Assembly (NCBI GenBank): GCA_049320885.1
Contig: JBMORA010000025.1
Coordinates: 1 to 64,000 of the forward strand
Source: Thermodesulfobacteriota bacterium
GTDB taxonomy: Bacteria; Desulfobacterota; Desulfobacteria; Desulfobacterales; SURF-7
Length of the DNA: 64,000 nt
Direction of reading: 5' to 3'
Below the pieces are notes generated by a model that ran no database searches, was not told where the DNA came from, and was given only the letters and a program-made list of their open reading frames with translations. Shown piece after piece: positions 53,384 through 63,577 of this stretch (position 1 is the first letter of the stretch; each line of letters starts with the position of its first letter). Both the position numbers and the translations under genes were made by a program.

Positions 53384-55524
53384 AGCAGCTTCACTCCTTA
53401 TTGGTCCGGCAGCTGAAACGGCATTTCGGCGACCCCAGCCAGCTCCCCGACGACTGGAAGCCCTTTATCGAACTGGTGAATGAGGCCTACCGGGAATTCG
53501 ATGCCGATCGCGGCATGCTGGAACGCTCCCTGGAACTGAGTTCCCAGGAGCTGCTTCAGTCCAACTCCGAAATGCGGGCGGTCATCAAGGCCCTTCCGGA
53601 TCTGTTTCTCTGGCTGGACCGGGAAGGAACCATCCTGGACTGCAAGGAAGGCAGCACCACCAATCTGTTCCTTCCGGCCCATCAGCTGGTGGGCAAACGA
53701 ATCCAGAACATCCCCGACAAAAACACCGGTGAAAAATTCGGCGCGGCCGTGCGCAGGGTCCAGCAGGAAAAAACCATGATCAGCATGGAATATTCCCTGC
53801 TGCTGAACGGCAAACGGCATTTTTTCGAGTCCAGGCTCATCCCCCTCCTGGAAGATCAATGCCTGTGCATCGTCCGCAACATCACCGAAAGGAAGGAGAC
53901 CGAAGAGGCCCTGCGCCTGAGGGAGGAGCAATACCGGAAGCTCTACGAGGAGACCAAGAAGGCCGAGGAAGTTTACCGCTCCCTGATCCATTCCTCCGCG
54001 GACGCCATTATCCTGTACGACATGACGGGCCATGTCCGGTATGTCAGCCAGGTGTTCACCCAACTCTTCGGCTGGACTCTCGCGGAACTGGAGGGCCGGA
54101 AAATCCCTTTTGTTCCGGAATCCGAAGCCGATTCCACGGCCTTTCTCATCAAGGAGGTCGCCGGCAGGGGCAATCCGGTGCATGGATTCGAAACCCGGCG
54201 CCTGACCAGGGACGGCCGCATCCTGGAAGTCAGCGCCAGCGCCTCGCGTTTCAACGACCATGAAGGCAAGCCTGCCGGCACCCTGGTGGTCCTGCGGGAC
54301 ATAACGGAAAAAAAACGGCTGGCGGCCCATTTCCGCCAGGCGCAGAAAATGGAATCCATCGGCACCCTCGCGGGGGGAATCGCCCACGACTTCAACAATC
54401 TCCTTGCCGCCATCATGGGCTATACGGAAATGTCCCTGGCCGAGGCGCCCAAAAACAGCCGGATCGAAAAACGGCTCACCCGGGTGATGCAGGCCAGCGA
54501 ACGCGCCAGGGACCTGGTGAACCAGATTCTGACGTTCAGCCGACAGAAGGAACAGGTCAAAAAGCCGCTCCAGATCCGGCCCATCGTCAAGGAGGCCATG
54601 AAACTCCTGCGGGCCTCCATACCATCCGCCATCCAATTCCAGGTGGACATCGCCGAGGACACGGGTATCATCCTGGCCGATCCGACCCAGATCCACCAGC
54701 TGATCATGAACCTGTGCACCAACGCCGCTCACGCCATGCAGGAAAAAGGCGGGCTGCTCACCATCGGCATCCGGAATATCCGGATCGGCAAGGAAGATCT
54801 CCAGCCCCATTCCGACCTGACGGAAGGCGAATATGTCGGCTTGACGGTTGCCGATACCGGCCACGGAATGCCCCCCCACATTCTGGAAAAAATTTTCGAT
54901 CCCTACTTCACCACCAAAAAACACGGGGAAGGAACCGGGCTGGGACTTTCCCTGGTTCACGGCATCGTCAAGGGCATGGAAGGGTTCATCCGCGTTTCCA
55001 GCCAACCGTCCGCGGGCTCCATGTTCAGCGTGTTCATTCCGCGACTCGAAACCGATGAACCGGAAACCGTGGCGGAAGAGCCGGCTCTGCCCCTGGGCCA
55101 TGAAACCATTCTGCTGGTGGAAGACGAAGATTTTGTGCTGGATATATCGCGGGAGATCCTCGAAAGTCTCGGCTACACCGTGGTGGCCAGAATCAGCAGC
55201 CTGGACGCCCTGCAGGCCTTCCGGTCCCATCCGGAACGTTTCCAGCTGATCATCTCCGACCAGATGATGCCCAACATGACCGGGCTGGAGCTGGCTCTGA
55301 ATATCCGCAACGTCCATCCGACCATACCGGTTATCCTCTGCAGCGGATTCAGCGACAACATCACGGAAGAAAAAGTTCGGGAAGCCGGAATCTCCGCCTT
55401 CCTGCACAAACCGATTCTCAAGCAGGGACTTGCCGAAACCGTCCGCCGGGTTCTGGACAATTACTACCGTACCCTCGGTGGTCCGGGAGAAGAATGCGAT
55501 GGTGATGGTGACGAAAAACGTTGA
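53380..55524 (+). CDS. Hybrid histidine kinase with 2 PAS and REC, translationally coupled to the FIST gene
   Basis: ATGA overlap; LHSLL.RQLKR N-terminus, PAS, AHDFNN, REC. Confidence 0.93.
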   Translation: MKQLHSLLVRQLKRHFGDPSQLPDDWKPFIELVNEAYREFDADRGMLERSLELSSQELLQSNSEMRAVIKALPDLFLWLDREGTILDCKEGSTTNLFLPAHQLVGKRIQNIPDKNTGEKFGAAVRRVQQEKTMISMEYSLLLNGKRHFFESRLIPLLEDQCLCIVRNITERKETEEALRLREEQYRKLYEETKKAEEVYRSLIHSSADAIILYDMTGHVRYVSQVFTQLFGWTLAELEGRKIPFVPESEADSTAFLIKEVAGRGNPVHGFETRRLTRDGRILEVSASASRFNDHEGKPAGTLVVLRDITEKKRLAAHFRQAQKMESIGTLAGGIAHDFNNLLAAIMGYTEMSLAEAPKNSRIEKRLTRVMQASERARDLVNQILTFSRQKEQVKKPLQIRPIVKEAMKLLRASIPSAIQFQVDIAEDTGIILADPTQIHQLIMNLCTNAAHAMQEKGGLLTIGIRNIRIGKEDLQPHSDLTEGEYVGLTVADTGHGMPPHILEKIFDPYFTTKKHGEGTGLGLSLVHGIVKGMEGFIRVSSQPSAGSMFSVFIPRLETDEPETVAEEPALPLGHETILLVEDEDFVLDISREILESLGYTVVARISSLDALQAFRSHPERFQLIISDQMMPNMTGLELALNIRNVHPTIPVILCSGFSDNITEEKVREAGISAFLHKPILKQGLAETVRRVLDNYYRTLGGPGEECDGDGDEKR

Positions 55525-55545
55525 TATCGTTTACAGGAGGATGTC

Positions 55546-56724
55546 ATGAGGAGGCGGGTACAATTGGCCGTTTTGTTCATGCCGTTGTTTTTTCTGGTTC
55601 TTGCGGCCGGCGCCGCTGAAAAAAAATTCCACCCCACAACGCCGGCTTCCAACCAGGGAGTTCCCTGGCGGATCGGCTACCTCGAAGGCGGGCCGTACGT
55701 GAATTATCCGGTCAACCTGCGGGCACTGGTCATGGCCCTGGCTGAAATGGGCTGGATGGAACCTCTCAAACTCCCCCCCCAGGCCGATGAAACCGATACC
55801 CGGCAACTCTGGGCCTGGCTCTCCCATAATGTAAAAAGCAGCTTCATCCGGTTCGTCCCGGACGCTTACTGGTCCAACGATTGGGATGACGCCCGCCGGA
55901 AGACCGTCAAGGACGAAGTCCTGCGGCGGCTCACCCGGGAAAAGGATATCGATCTGATGCTGGCCATGGGCACCAGGGCCGGTCAGGATCTGGCCAACAG
56001 CGATCACCATGTCGCAACCATCGTCATGTCTTCCAGCAACCCATTGGAATCCAATATCATCAAAAGCTACCAGGACTCCGGCCTGGATCATCTGAACGCC
56101 AGGGTGGACCCCACCCGCTATGAACGCCAGGTGCGGATTTTTCACGATATTTTCGGCTTCAAAAAACTGGGCATCGTTTACGAAACCGACACCCCGGAGG
56201 GCAGAACCTACGGCGCCATAGAAGACGTGAAGCGCGTCTCCCGGGAGCGGGGTTTCGAGGTCGTCGCCTGTCACGCCCCCTTTTCCAACGTTTCCCCGGA
56301 AGAGGCCAAAAAAGCTGTCCGGGACTGCATCGAAGGGCTGGCCCCCAAAATCGACGCCTTCTATTTCACCACCCACCGCGGCGTCACCGACGCCAACATG
56401 GAAAGGCTGCTGGCCCCCCTGTACGCCCGGCGGATTCCGACTTTTTCCCAGATGGGTTCCCATGAAGTCAAGTATGGGGTGCTCCTGAGCATCGCCCGTG
56501 CCGGATTCAAATACATCGGCCGTTTCCATGCGGAGACCATTGCCAGAATTTTCAACGGCGCCAAGCCCCGTGACCTGGAACAGATTTTTGAAGATCCGCC
56601 CCGGATCGCGATCAACCTGAAAGCCGCCCAGATCATCGGATACGACCCGGAGCTGGACATCCTGGGCTCCGCCGACGAGGTCTACGACACGATTGCAACG
56701 GTGAAGAAAACAGGCGCCGAATAA
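55546..56724 (+). CDS. ABC-type periplasmic substrate-binding protein
   Basis: Signal peptide; WRIGYLEGG, AMGT.AG, FKKLG..Y, IPTFSQ.G..EV..G.L, INLKAA..IG. Confidence 0.8.
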   Translation: MRRRVQLAVLFMPLFFLVLAAGAAEKKFHPTTPASNQGVPWRIGYLEGGPYVNYPVNLRALVMALAEMGWMEPLKLPPQADETDTRQLWAWLSHNVKSSFIRFVPDAYWSNDWDDARRKTVKDEVLRRLTREKDIDLMLAMGTRAGQDLANSDHHVATIVMSSSNPLESNIIKSYQDSGLDHLNARVDPTRYERQVRIFHDIFGFKKLGIVYETDTPEGRTYGAIEDVKRVSRERGFEVVACHAPFSNVSPEEAKKAVRDCIEGLAPKIDAFYFTTHRGVTDANMERLLAPLYARRIPTFSQMGSHEVKYGVLLSIARAGFKYIGRFHAETIARIFNGAKPRDLEQIFEDPPRIAINLKAAQIIGYDPELDILGSADEVYDTIATVKKTGAE

Positions 56725-56764
56725 AATACCCGGGCCTTGCAGCCCACCTCAACCGGAGCGGATC

Positions 56765-57544
56765 ATGCAGGCAGTTCTTGAATCGGGCCATCTGGCGCTA
56801 ACCAATCCAGACGGTACTCGGGGGACCAGACCTTTTCACATGGCGATGCTGGAAGATCGGCACATTCCCGAAATCATGGCGCTGCAGGAGATCATTCTCG
56901 GCCGGCTGCGCCGCAAGGAAATGCTCCAACCCTTCTCCCTGGAATTCATGAAACGGCATGTGCGCGCCCAGGGCCGGATTTTCGGCGTCATCGTCGATGA
57001 ACGCGTCGTCGCCTTCCGCAACATCTTTTTTCCGGAACCGGAGGATACGGAATGGAATCTCGGCATCAATCTGGGATTTTCCCGGACCGACCTTGTGTCC
57101 GTGGTCAATTTTCAAATGGTCTGCGTCCACCCGGATTTCCGCGGCAACAACCTGGCCCTGCGGATGAATCTCCAGGCCCTGCGCTATCTCCGGGCAGCGC
57201 GGACCCACCGCCATGTCTGCGCCACCGTTTCGCCTTACAACTACTGGAATGTCCGGGTGTTGCTGGAAAGCGGCTTCGTCATCCGGAACATCAAGCCAAA
57301 ATACGGCGGCAAGCTGCGGTTCATTGTCTACCGGAACCTGGATGCCTCCCGGCCGGATGGAATCAACGAAGGCGTTGCCGTGATGATCGGCGATATTCCA
57401 CGGCAGGCGGAACTGCTGCAGGCCGGATTCTCCGGAATCGGAATCAACATGACGCCCGAGTTCCATATCGCCATGTCTTCCGATCCAATTTGGCATGGTC
57501 CGGAAATGTATAACGGCTGCGAGGTCGTATATGCGCGGGTATGA
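56765..57544 (+). CDS. GNAT-family acetyltransferase-like protein
   Basis: VCVHPDFRGNNL (acetyl-CoA motif A), ATVSPYN, KYGG.LR. Confidence 0.75.
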   Translation: MQAVLESGHLALTNPDGTRGTRPFHMAMLEDRHIPEIMALQEIILGRLRRKEMLQPFSLEFMKRHVRAQGRIFGVIVDERVVAFRNIFFPEPEDTEWNLGINLGFSRTDLVSVVNFQMVCVHPDFRGNNLALRMNLQALRYLRAARTHRHVCATVSPYNYWNVRVLLESGFVIRNIKPKYGGKLRFIVYRNLDASRPDGINEGVAVMIGDIPRQAELLQAGFSGIGINMTPEFHIAMSSDPIWHGPEMYNGCEVVYARV

Positions 57545-58466
57545 AAGCGGTCGTTGCGGGCCGGAAGAAACCCGCCCGGCGGATTTCAAGAAAAACCACC
57601 CGGGATTCAGCATCAAAATCGTGCTGCTGGTGTTCTCCATCATGGCCCTTTCCCAAACCATGGGTGCCTTGTTCAGCGCCCTTTCATTCGAGGAAGTCTA
57701 TCTCTCGGCCATGACTTCGAAATTCGAGATCCTCGGCAGGGACCTGAAGCGCAGAATCGAGCAGGCCGTGAAATTCGGCAAACGGCTGGACCGATTTGTC
57801 GGAATCGAAAAACTGACCGGCCCCATCCTCCGCCAGGCCGAAGACATCGAGGAAATTTTCATCGCCGGCAGCGACGGCCGGCTGCTGCATACCTCGAAAT
57901 CGTCTTCACTTACATCGGTCGCCGGGAATCGCCTCATCGATTCAGCCCTCCTGAAAGCGATTCCTTCCCAAACCGCTTCCGCCGCCGGCAGGCTGCAATT
58001 CCAGGACGGCAGATATTTTCTTTTATTCCCGATTTCGGCGGGCTACGGCGAACAGGACGGTTTCCTGGGATTGAGTTTTTCCCGCACCGCGCTGAATCAA
58101 AAAAAGCATGCCCTCCTGGGCCGGACTTTTATGAACCTCGGTTTTTCCGTGGTGCTGACCGCGGCGGCCCTGCTGCTCTTGATCGAATACGGTTTTTCCC
58201 GCCCCCTCATCCGCTGGAGCCGCGGTCTGATCCGGACGGCTGAAAACACCGGAAGGTTCATGGCGGGGATGGATGCCGGTCCCGCCGAACTTCGGGGTCT
58301 CTGCGAAAAAATGGACTCCTATGTAATACAAACCGCTTCCGCACGGGAAGAATTGCTGTCCGCCATCGACGACATCGGCGCGACGCCGCATCTGCCCCCC
58401 CATGCGGAACAAGCTGTCCTGCGAATGAAACAACTCCTGGAGGAGAAAAGCCATGACGCGGATTAA
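57531..58466 (+). CDS. Membrane protein: TM - periplasmic domain - TM - HAMP-like tail
   Basis: Two hydrophobic segments flanking about 140 aa; RPL after TM2; start inferred from GAGGT RBS. Confidence 0.7.
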   Translation: MRGYESGRCGPEETRPADFKKNHPGFSIKIVLLVFSIMALSQTMGALFSALSFEEVYLSAMTSKFEILGRDLKRRIEQAVKFGKRLDRFVGIEKLTGPILRQAEDIEEIFIAGSDGRLLHTSKSSSLTSVAGNRLIDSALLKAIPSQTASAAGRLQFQDGRYFLLFPISAGYGEQDGFLGLSFSRTALNQKKHALLGRTFMNLGFSVVLTAAALLLLIEYGFSRPLIRWSRGLIRTAENTGRFMAGMDAGPAELRGLCEKMDSYVIQTASAREELLSAIDDIGATPHLPPHAEQAVLRMKQLLEEKSHDAD

Positions 58467-60537
58467 CCTCAAATGGCGCATGCTCCTGATCGTTCTGGCG
58501 CTCACGATCCTTTCCCAGGGAATCTTTCTTTACGGAAACGTCCGCACATTTCAAGAGGCTTATCGGACGGAAACCGCGACCACCCTGCGGGCCGTGGGAA
58601 CCAACCTGCAAGAAAACCTGACGGATATTCTGAACAAGGGCATTCCGCTGCACAAATTCACGGGTATTCAGGCGCTTCTTACGGATATCCTGACCGAAGC
58701 CCCGCTCATCGGATATATCGCACTTTGCGACGCGGCCGGGAGCCTGGTTTATTATTGCGACCGGGAGATGTTTCTTCAAGAAGGGGCGGAACTCGGGAAA
58801 CACGGAAAAACGCCGGGCGCAGAAATGTCCCTGATTTTCGATCTGATCGACAACCGCAACCGCGCCCACGGAAAATTGATGCTCGCCATGGAGCCCCGCC
58901 ATACGGATCGGGCCGTCCGCGCCATCGCCCTGGACTCGGCCACCATCGCGCTCATCGCGGTTCTGGCGACCCTGGATCTGCTGTTTTTCTGCATCGCCTA
59001 CACCGTTCTCCTGCCGCTGAAAGAGGCCGAATCCGACATCGAACAGGTCTGCCGGAACCACACCCCGGAGATCGCCATCCGGCCGAGCGGCATTCCCTTC
59101 ACCGATTTGCTGCTGGATCATTTTAACCGCTATCGCCTTGGTTTTCAAAAACAATGGTCGGCCCTGACCCGGGCGGCCGCCCCCCTGGTCCCTCCCCGGT
59201 CCCATGCCGCCCGGGAAAATCCGGGCTCATCATCCGTCCCGGCCGCGGCCGCCAGGCTTGCCGGCGTTCTGACCCGGCAACCGTTTGTTGCAACGCGTTC
59301 CGCGACAGCCATGGGCGCCGCTCTGCCCGCTCTGATCCGGCCGGCTGTTTTTTTGTTCGTCTTTGCGGAATCCCTGAGCATCTCTTTTTTGCCGCTGTTC
59401 GCAAAGGATATCTACCAGCCCCTGGGAATGCTTTCCGAAAAACTGGTTCTGGGGTTGCCCATCAGCGCCTTCATGCTGACCACCGCCCTGAGCATGCCCC
59501 TGGGCGGGGCATGGTCCGACAGGTTCGGCCGCAACCGCACGTTCATCAGCGGCGCAATCATCAGCGCCATCGGCCTTTTCCTGAGCGGAACAGCCGGCCA
59601 CATCGCAGCCCTGATTGTTTACCGGGCCGTCACCGGCCTGGGGTTCGGCCTGGTATTCATGACGGCCCAGGGCTTTATCATCGACGCCACCAGCGCCGAC
59701 AACCGTGCGGAAGGCATGGCTGTTTTTCTGTCCGCCTTTTACGGCGGCACCCTCTGCGGATCGGGTATCGGCGGCATGCTCGCCGACCGGATCGGCTTCC
59801 GGGCGCTTTTTCATGCAGGCGCCCTGATCGCACTGGCGGCCGCCTTTTTCGTCCACCGGTTCACACCGGAAACCCGCTCCGGCCAATCCGCCGGCAGCGA
59901 AACGGGGCCGGATGCATCCCAGGGGAAACGTCGGCCCTTCGGAACGCTTACCGAACTATTGAAAGACCGTCAATTCGCGCTGTTGACCCTCCTCCAAAGC
60001 ATCCCCAACAAAATCTGTCTGATCGGATTCGTTTACTATCTGGCGCCTCTCTGGCTGAAAGCCATGGGCAATTCACAATCCGACACCGGCCGCTATATTA
60101 TGGGATACAGCCTCTGCATGATTCTGTTCAGTCAGGCCTTGTCCCGCTGGAGCGACCGCCGCGGCCATCCCAAACCGTTCATCGTGGCGGGGGGGATTCT
60201 TTCCGGATCGGCGCTGACCCTCTGCTATTTCCAACCAGGCACGGCCGCCATCGCCGTCGGCATTCTCCTTTTGGGAGTCGCCCACGCCCTGTCGGTCTCC
60301 AATCAGGCCAAACTGGCCTCGCATCTGCCCGTCATGCGCCGGGTGGGTATGGGACCGGGGATGGGTCTGTATCGCCAGACCGAAAGAATCGGCAACATCC
60401 TTGCCCCCCTGCTTCTGGGGTTGATGGCCACCCGCCTTGGATACGCCGGCTCACTGGCCCTGCTGGGCGTCTTCACCATGCTGGCAAGCGTTCTTTTCGC
60501 TCTTGTATACGAAACCAACCAGGAGTCACCGACATGA
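58453..60537 (+). CDS. MFS transporter with an N-terminal periplasmic sensor-like extension
   Basis: About 290-aa N-terminal TM-peri-TM region, then G.WSDRFGR motif A, R.VTGLG, GGMLADRIGFR and about 12 TM. Confidence 0.88.
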   Translation: MTRINLKWRMLLIVLALTILSQGIFLYGNVRTFQEAYRTETATTLRAVGTNLQENLTDILNKGIPLHKFTGIQALLTDILTEAPLIGYIALCDAAGSLVYYCDREMFLQEGAELGKHGKTPGAEMSLIFDLIDNRNRAHGKLMLAMEPRHTDRAVRAIALDSATIALIAVLATLDLLFFCIAYTVLLPLKEAESDIEQVCRNHTPEIAIRPSGIPFTDLLLDHFNRYRLGFQKQWSALTRAAAPLVPPRSHAARENPGSSSVPAAAARLAGVLTRQPFVATRSATAMGAALPALIRPAVFLFVFAESLSISFLPLFAKDIYQPLGMLSEKLVLGLPISAFMLTTALSMPLGGAWSDRFGRNRTFISGAIISAIGLFLSGTAGHIAALIVYRAVTGLGFGLVFMTAQGFIIDATSADNRAEGMAVFLSAFYGGTLCGSGIGGMLADRIGFRALFHAGALIALAAAFFVHRFTPETRSGQSAGSETGPDASQGKRRPFGTLTELLKDRQFALLTLLQSIPNKICLIGFVYYLAPLWLKAMGNSQSDTGRYIMGYSLCMILFSQALSRWSDRRGHPKPFIVAGGILSGSALTLCYFQPGTAAIAVGILLLGVAHALSVSNQAKLASHLPVMRRVGMGPGMGLYRQTERIGNILAPLLLGLMATRLGYAGSLALLGVFTMLASVLFALVYETNQESPT

Positions 60538-61679
60538 AGAAATCCCGTCACCTGTTCCGGACCGCCATGTCCTTGCCGCTCTCTTTCACGCTGCTCTTGC
60601 CGCTCCTTACCGCCTCGGCCGCCGCGGACACCCAACGATTCCGCAGCCGCATCGATCAACCCTTCACCGGCAGCCAGTCACCGGACGACGCGCGGATGGC
60701 GGCCGTGGCCAAGGCGAAATTCGAAACCCTGGAAAAGGCCGGCACCTATATGGAATCCCTTGCCGTTGTGGAAAAAAATGTCCTCACCCGGGATGAAATC
60801 ACGGCCATCGCCGCCGGCATCCTGAAAACCGTCATCAATTCCCAAAAAAACTACGCCACCGATCATGGTTTCGGCATCATTCTCGAAACCGAAATCGAAG
60901 TCGATACGGGCGTGCTGGATGAGCGCATCCGCAACCTGTCCGGGGACCGTCCGGCCCTGAAAAAACACCAGGAAGTCAGCCAGCGCGAAAAGGAATTGCT
61001 CGACATCATCCGGAAACTGGAAGAGCAGAACAAGGATCTCTTGAAAATGTCCGGCCCGGTGGACCAGGAACGCAGGGATTCCCTCAACGAGGACCTGCAT
61101 ATGGCCGTGAAGGCCCTGCCGGCCGCTGAATGGAACCGGAAGGCCATCGACCTGTGGCATAAAGGCGGCTACAGCGACCCGCAGCAGGCGCTGCGGTATC
61201 TGAATGAATCCATCCGCCTCGATCCGAAAAATCCCAAGGCGTATAACAACCGCGGCGCCGCCTATTTCAGCATGGGTGCCTATGAGCAGGCCGTCCGGGA
61301 TTACGACGAGGCCGTCCGGCTGGACGGGGACTACGCGGATGCCTTGAACAATCGCGGCATCACTCTTTTCCGGCTGCGGCGGTACAAACCGGCCGTCACG
61401 GATTTTGACCGGGTGACGGCGTTGAAACCGAACTGGGTCGAAGCCTATCTGCACAGGGCCGAATGCTACAAAAACCTCTGGCAATACGACCGCGCCCTGG
61501 AAAACTACACCCAGGCCACCCGCATCACCCCCGCTCCCGCGGAAAGCGACCAAAACCGGGACAGCGCCCTGATCATCCTGAACGAAATCGACGAACTGTG
61601 CAATAAGGCCCGCAAGGCCTGCAAGTTGGGACTTTGCGACGCCATGCTGGAACTGGATTCAAGGGGGTTCTGTCAATAG
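60534..61679 (+). CDS. Exported TPR-repeat protein
   Basis: Signal peptide (TASAAA); AYNNRG..Y, ALNNRG, AYLHRA TPRs; C-terminal KAC.LG.C; ATGA overlap. Confidence 0.85.
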   Translation: MKKSRHLFRTAMSLPLSFTLLLPLLTASAAADTQRFRSRIDQPFTGSQSPDDARMAAVAKAKFETLEKAGTYMESLAVVEKNVLTRDEITAIAAGILKTVINSQKNYATDHGFGIILETEIEVDTGVLDERIRNLSGDRPALKKHQEVSQREKELLDIIRKLEEQNKDLLKMSGPVDQERRDSLNEDLHMAVKALPAAEWNRKAIDLWHKGGYSDPQQALRYLNESIRLDPKNPKAYNNRGAAYFSMGAYEQAVRDYDEAVRLDGDYADALNNRGITLFRLRRYKPAVTDFDRVTALKPNWVEAYLHRAECYKNLWQYDRALENYTQATRITPAPAESDQNRDSALIILNEIDELCNKARKACKLGLCDAMLELDSRGFCQ

Positions 61680-61695
61680 ACGGACATCCCCGCGT

Positions 61696-62541
61696 CTAAA
61701 AATTCACCACCGCCTTCAACGGTACCGGCGGGTAGATCTGCCCGTGACAGGGCGGCATGGAGTTGTACACCCAATCGATATCCACCACTCCCAGCCGGAC
61801 CATTCGGTGAATGGAAGTCCCCCGGTAACGGCCGCGCACGAGCACATCCTCCATGGCCATGGTCAGGCCGAAAACCGCCACCTCCGAATCCTTGGGTATC
61901 CGGGCGAGTTCCGCGCCGAAGGCCTGGAGGGAGAACGTCAGCCTTCTGCTGTCCGCCGCCTGGCACTGAATGGCCGGCAGAATCACCGGATAGCCGTCCG
62001 CGCCCACATAGGCGATGAATTTCAGGGCGTCCAGGCGGTTGAAAATCTCCTCGGCGAAAGGTTTGAGGATTCGGCCGCCCCTGTCGCCCGCCGCACCGCC
62101 CTTGGCCAGTTTCGTCAGCAGCGCGGCCTTGACAATCCGGCCCATGGGCAGGGCCTCTCCCTCCGACACGGCGACCAAATCCAGATAATGGACGGTGTTG
62201 ATGCCGAAATAGGCGTTGTACCGGAAGGTCGGCAGATCGTTGTATTGCTCATATTCAGGTCCCTCGCCGCGCGAATGGGTCCAGCAGGCCTTGCCGCGCC
62301 ACATCCGGCGGTCCATGGTCATGATCAGAAAACCCACCTGATGCCGCTGCCGGATATGCGTCTTGCTGCTGCCCTTACAGAATTCCCCCAGGGTGAGTTG
62401 GCCGGGACCCGCGGCCCGGATGGACGTAATCAGGGTGATGTGGGGCAATCCTGCCGGATCGACGGTGGCGACCAGTCCGACCTTCTCAGCCGGCATGAAG
62501 GCTTTGATTTCCTCCGGATTCAATGTTCTTTGCTGCAACAT
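61696..62541 (-). CDS. Tandem pyridoxamine 5'-phosphate oxidase-like (split-barrel, flavin-binding) protein
   Basis: LVATVD..G.PH and IAYVG.DGYP repeated N-terminal strands; AAGGAG RBS. Confidence 0.7.
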   Translation of the reverse strand: MLQQRTLNPEEIKAFMPAEKVGLVATVDPAGLPHITLITSIRAAGPGQLTLGEFCKGSSKTHIRQRHQVGFLIMTMDRRMWRGKACWTHSRGEGPEYEQYNDLPTFRYNAYFGINTVHYLDLVAVSEGEALPMGRIVKAALLTKLAKGGAAGDRGGRILKPFAEEIFNRLDALKFIAYVGADGYPVILPAIQCQAADSRRLTFSLQAFGAELARIPKDSEVAVFGLTMAMEDVLVRGRYRGTSIHRMVRLGVVDIDWVYNSMPPCHGQIYPPVPLKAVVNF

Positions 62542-62555
62542 GGCGTTTCTCCTTT

Positions 62556-63566
62556 TCAACCGCTTATCATTTCCCTTGCGGACTGTCGCGCGTCCATCCG
62601 CGTCGCTCCGCTCCAATGGACAATATCGGGATCCACCCCGGAGGCTCGGGCGGTTTCAAACAGCTCGATCATCCGCGCGGTTTCCAGCAATCCCTGGTCC
62701 CTGTAAGGCCATTCCCGATCCAAACGCAGGTATTTGTCCCGGCAGAGATTGTTGAAGGCGCACAAATCCCAGCGGGCCACCTTGCCTCTCAGATGTTCCG
62801 CGATGAACCGGCCGATACCCAGGATATTTTCCCTTCTGTCGGTGGCCATGGGAATGATCGGCGTGCGAATCCACAGCTCCCGGGGATACAGGTGGGTGCC
62901 CATGAATTCGGCCGTATGCATCAGATTTCCCAAGATGGTCCGGTTGGAATGACCGGTCCAGGCCGCATGCCTGTCCGGATCGATTTCCTTGATATCGTAG
63001 AGCACCAGATTGGCATAGGGCAGCAGGGAATCAAGAACCTCTCCGGACACCATTCCGCAGGTATCCAGGGCCGTATGAACGCCGTGCTCTCGCAGACGAC
63101 CCAAAAAAGCCGCGACGAACGGGGCCTGGAGCCCCGGCTCGCCCCCCGATACGGTCACGCCGCCGTCGGACTGCCGGAAATAGGCCCGGTCCTTCAGGAC
63201 CTCATAAAGCAATTCCTCCAAAGCCCACTCCCTGCCGATCACCTCCATGGCCGTGGAAGGGCAGGCTTCGGCGCATCTGCCGCAACCGTTGCAGATCAGG
63301 CGGTCGATCTTCATACCCTGAGGCGACAGGACCAGGGCTGCCTCCGGACACGCTTCCAGGCAGGTGCGGCAGGCAATGCAGCGATTGGCGATCCACTGGA
63401 CCTGGGGCCGGGGCGAAATGCTTTCCGGGTTATGGCACCAGACGCATTTCAGACTGCATCCCTTGAAAAAAACCGTGGTACGGATTCCGGGACCATCCTC
63501 GGTGGACATCCGCTGAATCTCGAAGATCCGCCCGGCGGCGAATTCATTCGTCTTGGGGACCGGCAT
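62556..63566 (-). CDS. Glycyl-radical enzyme activating protein (radical SAM with ferredoxin insert)
   Basis: DGPGIRTTVFFKGCSLKCVWCHNPES, two CxxCxxCxxxCP, GGVTVSGGEP. Confidence 0.96.
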   Translation of the reverse strand: MPVPKTNEFAAGRIFEIQRMSTEDGPGIRTTVFFKGCSLKCVWCHNPESISPRPQVQWIANRCIACRTCLEACPEAALVLSPQGMKIDRLICNGCGRCAEACPSTAMEVIGREWALEELLYEVLKDRAYFRQSDGGVTVSGGEPGLQAPFVAAFLGRLREHGVHTALDTCGMVSGEVLDSLLPYANLVLYDIKEIDPDRHAAWTGHSNRTILGNLMHTAEFMGTHLYPRELWIRTPIIPMATDRRENILGIGRFIAEHLRGKVARWDLCAFNNLCRDKYLRLDREWPYRDQGLLETARMIELFETARASGVDPDIVHWSGATRMDARQSAREMISG

Positions 63567-63577
63567 GCCTTCCGCTC

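Noticed and set aside
32800..54960. Repeated nucleotide blocks among kinase genes (GCCCATGATTTCAACAA, TTCACCACCAAG)
   Set aside because: Explained by conserved H-box and G-box coding motifs in paralogous kinases.
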